DNA of 64,000 nt from a virus. Shown here one piece after another: positions 56,844 to 64,000 of this stretch (the stretch's first letter is position 1; every line of letters begins with the position of its first letter). The notes under the pieces are model-generated. The model ran no database searches, had not been told where the DNA came from, and saw only the letters and a list, made by a program, of their open reading frames with translations. A program made the translations under genes and the position numbers. The stretch covers positions 96,001 to 160,000 of IMG/VR virus record IMGVR_UViG_3300025101_000019; one strand, written 5' to 3'.

Positions 56844-56875
56844 CTAATATACGAAACTTTTATGAATTATCCAAA
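56844..56875 (-). promoter_or_regulatory. Bacteroidota-type promoter abutting the PolA-like start
   Basis: TTTGG-N19-TATATTAG, 6 nt before ATG. Confidence 0.7.
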
Positions 56876-57211
56876 TTAATATCCGATAAACTCTAAGTCA
56901 ATATCACTTACCAATCCTTTTTCAGCATAGTAAGGATACTCTTCGTTTAACCAATAGTTTTGAACATTATCAAGTTCGTTTATAACTTCTTGGTATAATT
57001 CTGAAGTATCATCATCACTTCCGTATGATGCTCCCCATTGGATTCCACCACAAAGTTGTATCAGTTCATTGAGTTTATCCCAATTATTTTTATTGTTCTT
57101 AATACTAAGTAATATCTCAGCTTTCATCAATTCTGCTACTTTCTCATTGTGGTCATACATTTCTTTTGACCATGGTTTTGTGATTTCAATTCCGTATTTC
57201 ATATTTTTCAT
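56876..57211 (-). CDS. hypothetical protein
   Basis: Packed ORF. Confidence 0.6.
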   Translation of the reverse strand: MKNMKYGIEITKPWSKEMYDHNEKVAELMKAEILLSIKNNKNNWDKLNELIQLCGGIQWGASYGSDDDTSELYQEVINELDNVQNYWLNEEYPYYAEKGLVSDIDLEFIGY

Positions 57212-57212
57212 T

Positions 57213-57431
57213 TTATTTATACATTATTACTACTGACCCAAACTTGTCATCAAACACTTTGATTAGATTATCATAATCACCACTTGTCATTTCTTTCATT
57301 AGTGGTTCAAATGGAACACCCACTTGTTTACAAAGGTTTTTTGCAACTCCTAATATGTAATATGCATTACCTTGAGGACCTGTCAAGTCTATTTCAATTT
57401 TTCCGTTACTTTTTGGTTTTGATTTTATCAT
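57213..57431 (-). CDS. hypothetical phage protein
   Basis: IDLTGPQGNAYYILG...EMTSGDYDNL. Confidence 0.7.
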   Translation of the reverse strand: MIKSKPKSNGKIEIDLTGPQGNAYYILGVAKNLCKQVGVPFEPLMKEMTSGDYDNLIKVFDDKFGSVVIMYK

Positions 57432-57433
57432 AT

Positions 57434-57511
57434 CTCTTAATCTTACACTACTAATATAGTGATAATATTTGAGACTACCAAACTTTTAATGTTAAATAAT
57501 TGTTAAATTTT
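57434..57511 (-). promoter_or_regulatory. Bacteroidota-type promoter with TTAACA repeat and shared leader
   Basis: TGTTAA at 57490 and 57501; CTCTTAATCTTACACTACTAATATA shared with the 3102 copy. Confidence 0.75.
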
Positions 57512-58081
57512 TGCACCTTGTTGTAAGTTGGTAAGATATCGTTCAAGGCCTAAAAATACATTCTGATACAACATAATTGTTCTTTTATTGGTATCAATAA
57601 TACCTTTTTCTTCTGGTGTATCATTTAAAGGTCCAGCAATTTTCCATTTTAATTCGAGTTTCTGATAGTATACACTCTCTAACTCACCAAACCCATCTTC
57701 ACTTACTTCATTAATAATGGTACTTCCCTTTCTTTTGTAAAAATACCTTGTTGCAAAAGAATTGTCATAATCTTCTTGAGTTGGTTGAAACAAATGAGGG
57801 TCAGGTACTACAAGATTTTGTTCATAATCTTCAACTAACTCTTTTAATACATTATATTGAAAAGTATTTTTCGCAAGTTGTTCGTTCAATCTATAAAGTG
57901 GTACTAATTTTACAGATACATCTTTTACATATACTGGCTGAGTATATATTTCTCCTGTGTTGGTATATTTGTGATATTGCCCAACCCATTCGTCACCATC
58001 ATCAGTCATCCATTCACCACCCTCGGTGTATAGACCCTTTTGGATACTTCCTTCTGGATAATATATTCTTCGTCTTCCCAT
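57503..58081 (-). CDS. tail/baseplate-region hypothetical protein
   Basis: LYTEGGEW..YHKY; last gene of the tail cluster. Confidence 0.6.
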   Translation of the reverse strand: MGRRRIYYPEGSIQKGLYTEGGEWMTDDGDEWVGQYHKYTNTGEIYTQPVYVKDVSVKLVPLYRLNEQLAKNTFQYNVLKELVEDYEQNLVVPDPHLFQPTQEDYDNSFATRYFYKRKGSTIINEVSEDGFGELESVYYQKLELKWKIAGPLNDTPEEKGIIDTNKRTIMLYQNVFLGLERYLTNLQQGAKI

Positions 58082-59838
58082 TATACATCAATCATCATTA
58101 GGCCAGATATTTTAGTAGACCAATCACCACCATTAAATTCTTGACCAATTTTTGTTACTATAAAATATGCTTTATCTCTTATTCTCGTTGGTAATCTATC
58201 AACGCTAAAACAATCTCCATATTTTGGTTCATTGTAACCATCAACAGTAAGTTCACATTCTAACCCATAACTAATGTTTGGGTTATATTTTTTATTGTTA
58301 TTTTTTACATATGCTTTCAATGCTTGTTTTGCACCTGTAATATCATCTTCACTAATATTATCCCCAAGTGATTCAATTGCTTTTGCTAAATCTCCTTCGA
58401 AATCATTAGCATTTTCTCCAACAGAACCTGGATAACAACCCGCAAAAACTGCATCTAATTGTGGTGAACCCTCACCATCCATAGCTGCTGCAGTTGCTAA
58501 CGCAATTAGGTCTGAGTCTAAATTAGATGTAAGACTGCAATCTCTAACACCATCTCCAAAACCTTTTACTAATTTAATCATTGTTGGAGTTGCTTGTTTT
58601 TTAGCTGCAGTACCCTTATTTAAAATTAGAAATTTACCTTTTTCAGACTCAGGCGAATCTGGGTCATTGTATAAAAATAATGTAAGATATCCACCTGAGT
58701 TTTCATTTATTTTATTAAATATTTTTTTTAAGAACATAGATGTTGCTACCCTACTTGGAGAATCTTGTTTTCCTGGTGGATTTTTTAGTTCTTTCATTGT
58801 GGTTTGCATAAACCCAATTTGAACCCAAATACCTGCCAATGGATTACTACCTTTTGTTAAAGCGCTATAATCTGCATTAGGACCATACTTCGATGCCCAA
58901 CCAAATATCATTTCTAATGGATTTGCTGATGCTATTTTTGAATCATTTGATGTTTTTATTTTTATTTGAGAATAATCAAACTTTTGAGCTGCAGTACCGG
59001 CAACACTTTTAGAATTTTTATTAACATAGTCAATAAACTCATCTAATCTTACATATGGTAAAACATTATCTGTTGCACTATTAAAGAACGATGACCATCC
59101 CGTATTTACCATTTGGTGATTAACCAATCCAATTTTAGGTTTACCTGCACCACCACTTCTAACTTGAGCTTTACCCTCTGCAGGTTTACCCGTTAGTTTT
59201 GATGAGATTCCAACAAGGTTTGTTATTAAGTCGGTTGATGGGACTTCTTTACCAGACTCAGGGTCTTTAACTGTTTCTTTACCCACATCTTTTAAAGTCA
59301 TGTAGTCAACATCTAAAACACCATCTGCTGCTCCTGCTACTTTTAAACTAACATCGTAACTTAAATCAGAGTTAATAGTGAAATTAAATCCTGTGATTTC
59401 ACCTGTTACTGTTTTTGCCGTTCCACCAACCCATCCTATCGTAACCTTTACTCGTTGTCTTGGTGTCATAAAGTTTTTTTCGATATGGTTAAAATGAGCT
59501 CGACTATAAACTTTACAATTACAACTTGCTTCAAATAACATTGCGTCTGATATATCTTGCCCACCATCGTTATTTATAGAAATACTTTCTAATACAGGAA
59601 AAGGTGTTAATCTACCACTATCATCTGTAAGCAAGTCTGCGTGTGTAGCATCATTAGTAATACTTTCTATTGACTTAAATGAATTGGAAGAACATTTAAC
59701 AATTCCACCACTTGCAAGTGTAATTTTTCCATAAGCTCTACTGTGAAGTCCTACTCCTGAGACACCGATACTACTTACATCACTTGACATTTGCTGTGTT
59801 GGCTTTGGTAAAGCTCTTGCACCTAATTGAAAACTCAT
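58081..59838 (-). CDS. putative baseplate hub-like protein
   Basis: ITGFNFTINSDLSYDVSL; ELTVDG..YGDCF..FIVTKI..WSTKI; position. Confidence 0.55.
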   Translation of the reverse strand: MSFQLGARALPKPTQQMSSDVSSIGVSGVGLHSRAYGKITLASGGIVKCSSNSFKSIESITNDATHADLLTDDSGRLTPFPVLESISINNDGGQDISDAMLFEASCNCKVYSRAHFNHIEKNFMTPRQRVKVTIGWVGGTAKTVTGEITGFNFTINSDLSYDVSLKVAGAADGVLDVDYMTLKDVGKETVKDPESGKEVPSTDLITNLVGISSKLTGKPAEGKAQVRSGGAGKPKIGLVNHQMVNTGWSSFFNSATDNVLPYVRLDEFIDYVNKNSKSVAGTAAQKFDYSQIKIKTSNDSKIASANPLEMIFGWASKYGPNADYSALTKGSNPLAGIWVQIGFMQTTMKELKNPPGKQDSPSRVATSMFLKKIFNKINENSGGYLTLFLYNDPDSPESEKGKFLILNKGTAAKKQATPTMIKLVKGFGDGVRDCSLTSNLDSDLIALATAAAMDGEGSPQLDAVFAGCYPGSVGENANDFEGDLAKAIESLGDNISEDDITGAKQALKAYVKNNNKKYNPNISYGLECELTVDGYNEPKYGDCFSVDRLPTRIRDKAYFIVTKIGQEFNGGDWSTKISGLMMIDV

Positions 59839-59841
59839 AAC

Positions 59842-60147
59842 TTAATCTTCTTTTTTATTTAACGCATCATACTCATTTATAAACTTTAGTGTATCGTTAG
59901 GAATTCTTAATTGTATTCCAACTTCTGGAAACAAAGTACCTTTTCCTATATTATTAGCTCTGGCTATAATCCACCACAATGTAGGGTCTGAATAATATTC
60001 CCATGCTAAATTATCTAACCTATCACCTTCTTTTGTTATAATGTAAGTATCATTAATTTCAGGATTTATTATAGGATATACTAATGTAGTAGAGTACTTT
60101 CGTTCACCCTCTTTTTTAATTACTGGTATGTTATCGTATCTTTTCAT
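59842..60147 (-). CDS. LysM-like baseplate wedge protein (gp53/tail X-like)
   Basis: EGDRLDNLAWEYYSDPTLWWIIARAN..QLRIP. Confidence 0.8.
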   Translation of the reverse strand: MKRYDNIPVIKKEGERKYSTTLVYPIINPEINDTYIITKEGDRLDNLAWEYYSDPTLWWIIARANNIGKGTLFPEVGIQLRIPNDTLKFINEYDALNKKED

Positions 60148-60149
60148 AT

Positions 60150-62939
60150 TTAACTCGCACCTTGAATTCTAAAATCACTACTAAAAACAAATACCTCACC
60201 ACTATCATATTCGTGTATATTATTTCCAAGTACAGTAGCACCTACCGCAACATCAATACCCATTGGTAATCCAAAATCTACATCCCATGCAACCTCGTCT
60301 GAGTATGTATATGATAATGATGTTAATATCATTGGTGTTTCTACATACAACTTACCAACTGTTAGTTTTAATTCTTTGTTCGTTTTACTACCCGGCGCAG
60401 TATATCCGTTTCCTGTATAATTTGGCATTGTATAAGTTGCTAATCGTTCTAACTTAGTCCACAATGGTTGCATCTCAACTCTTGATGTTGGGTATACTTT
60501 AAAATTAAATGATATGTCTCGTTTAAATGACTCATAAACATATACAGGTTCTGCTCTACCACTATATTTTATTTCAGTATAAGTTGGTGAGAAGTTCTCT
60601 GCTAACCCCGTTACAGTTCCTCTAAATTGTAGATTACTCTTTTCAGTACCTAATCTGAAAACTAAATTAACTAAGTCTGATTGGATTTCATCACCAATTT
60701 TTGATGCTTGTATTTTATCGTAATGCGATGACCAATTAGTAAGCTTTGTGGTATCATATTTCATTTCCTTTTGACCAGTTCTAGCCGAACCATCTGTATA
60801 GACAGGTTTACCTGGACTTGGGAACTTAAATATTGTTTCTATATTTTCTTTGTCATACTCTTTTGATTCTACATTACCCCTTGAACCACCTTTTAACTTT
60901 TTCCTAAAATCAGTTGGCGATACAGGTGTAGCTCCAAGCTGCGCTCTTTCATCTGCCATATCCATTAACTTACCATGAGAAATCATCATATAATCCCCAA
61001 TGTCAACAATATCTGGCCCTACTAATCCATCTGATTCAACAAGATTTGGTTTGTTATCTTCATTGAACTTTTGTATTTTACCTAATTGTTCTACTACACC
61101 ATATTTCTTAAGGTCTTCTGGGTCAGTTGGTATAGATTTAAAATATGTTTCTTCAGTTTCTTCATTTTTTTCTTTAAAAAAGAACTTTTGAGTGTAATCA
61201 GATAGACCTGTAATTTTATTACCAGTTGCGATTGCACCTAATCCTTTTATAAATGAATTTGTATATCTTTTTACAACAGTCTGACCAATACCATATAAGG
61301 AATCAGTACCACCACTAAATGTTTTTAAGTCACTACCAATTTCAATCGTACCAAAACTATCATATAACGAAATTAGATTATTTTTTGGTTTTTGAAGATT
61401 ACCTTCGGTGACACCACCTATTTTTGTGTATTTTCCTAGCGTATCTAATCCAAGGATACCACTTCTATCAGGTTTAAATCCTATTTGTTGACCACCTATC
61501 GCAGCTAAGAAGTTTGCAGGAGTCCAAATTTTATTATATGTGTTACTTCTCTGATTTCCAATTTGTGTTGCAGACCATAGTAAACCTTTTACTGATAAAA
61601 AGAATGAACCCATCCTTACTAAGTCTATTGCAGCTCTTTCAGTTGAAGCAACTGCCCCACCACGAATTAAACCATCATCAATTGGGAATCCAAATCCCCA
61701 ACTTTGAGGTTCACCTTTTTTCTTTCGTTGTATACCTCTTAAAACATATGGTTGAGGTATTAAACTAAATTTATTTGCTTCTGGGTCTTGAAGATTGAAT
61801 TTAGAGTACATTTCGTCTAAGAAAGATGGTGATTGTCTTTGTTGTAATAAATCACCAATACTTGTATATGAATCTATGTATCTATCACCATCTGGTGAGT
61901 ATCTTTGTGTATCACCAATTGCTTTTCCTACCTTATATTGACCATATCCGGCTTGAAATGATATTCCAGGACTTTGTTGACTAAAATTACTTAATAATGA
62001 CGATGCGTTATCAAATTGAGTATCATTTATACCTGTAAATTTAGTATCATCTTTGGTTCTCATAAATGGTGAGAATCCAACTGCTTTATCATCGGTAAAG
62101 AAATTAACCTGTTGTCCTACTTCAAGTCCTTGACCTTCTAAGTTACCATTGAAAGTAAAATCATTAGGTGTCGTTTCACCTTTAAATTTATCACCTTGTC
62201 CTGCAACTGGTGGAGTCGTTTCACCTAAAAATGATTCACCAGTTTGTTTTAACATTTCGTTAGGTGTCGTTTCACCTAAAAACTTAGAACTTCTATCTGA
62301 TTCATTGGGTGTCGTTTCACCTAAAAACTTTGAAGACCTATCTGATTCATTGGGTGTTGTTTCACCTAAAAACTTAGAACTTCTATCTGATTCGTTAGGA
62401 GTTGTTTCACCTAAAAACTTAGAACTTCTATCTGATTCGTTAGGAGTTGTCTCACCTAAGAAGTTTTGTGCAAATTTAAACTCTTTAGGAGTTGTCTCAC
62501 CTAAAAACTTTTGTGTAAACTTAAACTCTTTTGCTTCAGTCTCACCTTTAAACTTTTCTGTCTGATTTGCAAGTGTAGGGTTTGTTTCACCTTTAAACTT
62601 TTCTGTCTGATTTGCAAGTGTAGGGTTTGTTTCACCTTTGAACTTTTCTGTCTGATTAACAAGTGTTGGGTCGGTTTGTCCTTTGAACTTATCACCTTGA
62701 GTTACTTCATTTGCTTCAGTCTCACCCTTGAACTTATCACCTTGTGTTACTTTATTCTGAGAAGTACCTACTTTTTCAGGAGTTTGTCTTGAATATTGTA
62801 CATCATTTTTTGTTTTGATTTTATCAGTTAATGGTACAGTATTAAACGCAGAAGGTTCTATTCTTGTTTTTACTTCAAGAGGTTCACTTTTTGGCTTTCT
62901 GTAATCACCAAGATTTGATTTTAAGTCTTTTAATGACAT
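60150..62939 (-). CDS. tail/baseplate protein with C-terminal tube-initiator-like domain and N-terminal 15-aa repeats
   Basis: QFRGTVTGLAENFSP..YSGRAEPVYVY..RDISFNF..LTVGKLY; follows the tape measure gene. Confidence 0.65.
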   Translation of the reverse strand: MSLKDLKSNLGDYRKPKSEPLEVKTRIEPSAFNTVPLTDKIKTKNDVQYSRQTPEKVGTSQNKVTQGDKFKGETEANEVTQGDKFKGQTDPTLVNQTEKFKGETNPTLANQTEKFKGETNPTLANQTEKFKGETEAKEFKFTQKFLGETTPKEFKFAQNFLGETTPNESDRSSKFLGETTPNESDRSSKFLGETTPNESDRSSKFLGETTPNESDRSSKFLGETTPNEMLKQTGESFLGETTPPVAGQGDKFKGETTPNDFTFNGNLEGQGLEVGQQVNFFTDDKAVGFSPFMRTKDDTKFTGINDTQFDNASSLLSNFSQQSPGISFQAGYGQYKVGKAIGDTQRYSPDGDRYIDSYTSIGDLLQQRQSPSFLDEMYSKFNLQDPEANKFSLIPQPYVLRGIQRKKKGEPQSWGFGFPIDDGLIRGGAVASTERAAIDLVRMGSFFLSVKGLLWSATQIGNQRSNTYNKIWTPANFLAAIGGQQIGFKPDRSGILGLDTLGKYTKIGGVTEGNLQKPKNNLISLYDSFGTIEIGSDLKTFSGGTDSLYGIGQTVVKRYTNSFIKGLGAIATGNKITGLSDYTQKFFFKEKNEETEETYFKSIPTDPEDLKKYGVVEQLGKIQKFNEDNKPNLVESDGLVGPDIVDIGDYMMISHGKLMDMADERAQLGATPVSPTDFRKKLKGGSRGNVESKEYDKENIETIFKFPSPGKPVYTDGSARTGQKEMKYDTTKLTNWSSHYDKIQASKIGDEIQSDLVNLVFRLGTEKSNLQFRGTVTGLAENFSPTYTEIKYSGRAEPVYVYESFKRDISFNFKVYPTSRVEMQPLWTKLERLATYTMPNYTGNGYTAPGSKTNKELKLTVGKLYVETPMILTSLSYTYSDEVAWDVDFGLPMGIDVAVGATVLGNNIHEYDSGEVFVFSSDFRIQGAS
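62165..62750 (-). repeat. 13 in-frame tandem repeats of about 45 bp (F[KL]G[EQ]T core)
   Basis: TCACC anchors from 62176 to 62722 at 45-nt steps, one step of 51 nt. Confidence 0.9.
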
Positions 62940-64000
62940 TATGTTCCTCTACTTTGTCTTGTTCTCTGTGTTCTTGATATTTCACTAACTACTTTATTAT
63001 CAAATACTATTTGTATTGGTTGACCCTTTATGTCAGCTCTCAACAATTTAAGTTCTTCTAATAATGGGTCACTTTCACCACCACCACCTGCGGTTGCACC
63101 ACCACCATCGTCACCACCTGCTCCAAATGCTCCTGCAATCATTGGTAACATAAGTCCTAATGCGAATACTGTTCCAAGGAATGGTGTTATCATCAATAGA
63201 CCCATTGCGAATGGCATCATCGCCAACCCTACTGCCGCAAGTCCTGCCGCCAAGGAAAGTAAACCTGGTGCGACTAACACTAATTGACTTAATCCTGCGG
63301 CTAATGCCGATATTGCTGGAACTGCTGCAATCAATATCATAGATGCGAGTCCAAATGCAAGAATACCCGGCGTTGCGTAAAGTAATCCAAGACCCAATGC
63401 CAACATACCAATACCAAGTAAACTTAATATTGCGGTTAATGGTATTAATGCGGGTGCAATCATAATCAGACCCATTAAGGATTCTGTAAGATTACCCATC
63501 ATTTCAAATCCTTTAGCAATTTCTTGTATTGCGTACCCAAGAACTAATAATGCTGCGGCTATGATTAACATTGCGGCTGCACCTGCGAGAATAGCAACTG
63601 CTCCAACACCACTCATCATTATTGCACCTACCAATGCCAATGCACCTACTAATGCTAACATGGATACAACTGCCATACCAATAGCTTTCCATTCAACCTT
63701 CATAAATTCTTGTACTGCTTTTGCGAATACAAATACGGCTGCCGCTACAAGTATTAATGCTGCACCACCTGCGAGTAGTTTCTTGGCGTCTATTTTTGAA
63801 ATGGCGTCTGTCATACCACTCATTCCTTTACCACCACCACTTTTGATATTAGACTTTTTCTTGGTGATTGATTTTGACTTATCATTACCACCACTACCTG
63901 GTGCACCACCAAAGAAACTCTTACCACCTAATTTGTTCATTATACCATATTGTATAATCATTGAAGCAAGTTGTTTTCCCGTCTCTATTAAACCTTGCCC
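62939..64000 (-). CDS. tail tape measure protein, C-terminal part (start outside window)
   Basis: Ala/Gly/Leu-rich hydrophobic helices; frame open to window end; upstream of baseplate genes. Confidence 0.75.
   Translation of the reverse strand, partial: GQGLIETGKQLASMIIQYGIMNKLGGKSFFGGAPGSGGNDKSKSITKKKSNIKSGGGKGMSGMTDAISKIDAKKLLAGGAALILVAAAVFVFAKAVQEFMKVEWKAIGMAVVSMLALVGALALVGAIMMSGVGAVAILAGAAAMLIIAAALLVLGYAIQEIAKGFEMMGNLTESLMGLIMIAPALIPLTAILSLLGIGMLALGLGLLYATPGILAFGLASMILIAAVPAISALAAGLSQLVLVAPGLLSLAAGLAAVGLAMMPFAMGLLMITPFLGTVFALGLMLPMIAGAFGAGGDDGGGATAGGGGESDPLLEELKLLRADIKGQPIQIVFDNKVVSEISRTQRTRQSRGT

Noticed and set aside
62165-62750. 45-bp repeats as a CRISPR array
   Set aside because: Units are in frame, vary at synonymous sites, have no unique spacers, and no cas operon is present
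467-63342. All plus-strand ORFs in the track
   Set aside because: Each lies antisense to a better-supported minus-strand gene and shows no recognisable motifs
1-64000. tRNAs, structured ncRNAs, intrinsic terminators or stop-codon reassignment
   Set aside because: No cloverleaf or convincing GC hairpin with U-tract seen in the short gaps; core genes are full length under the standard code

Overview
A 64-kb, very AT-rich, gene-dense segment of a large tailed dsDNA phage with a T4-like replisome. All credible genes are on the minus strand. In transcription order (right to left) it holds: tail/baseplate genes (tape measure C-terminus, a repeat-containing tail protein, LysM/gp53-like, hub-like); a compact family-A polymerase; gp32-like SSB, RecA/UvsX, 5'-3' exonuclease, gp41-like helicase, class I RNR and thioredoxin; a Glf/glycosyltransferase/2OG-oxygenase trio; a family-B polymerase, sliding clamp and clamp loader interleaved with three Mom-like and one DUF4338-like protein; a ~15-kb glycosylation island with an aldolase-KdsB fusion; a lysis/envelope cluster with a probable outer-membrane beta-barrel; and accessory genes (PAP2, HADs, ClpS, sulfotransferase, GroES). 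Thirteen copies of TTTGG-N19-TAnnTTAG match the Bacteroidota -33/-7 promoter, which points to a Bacteroidota host. Five of them carry an upstream TTAACA-N5-TTAACA repeat. The best candidates for undescribed systems are a multi-enzyme, possibly clamp-tethered Mom-type DNA hypermodification system, a PolA with an altered steric gate, and a phage ulosonic-acid synthesis/activation/transfer pathway. All family calls come from motif recognition by eye; no searches were run.
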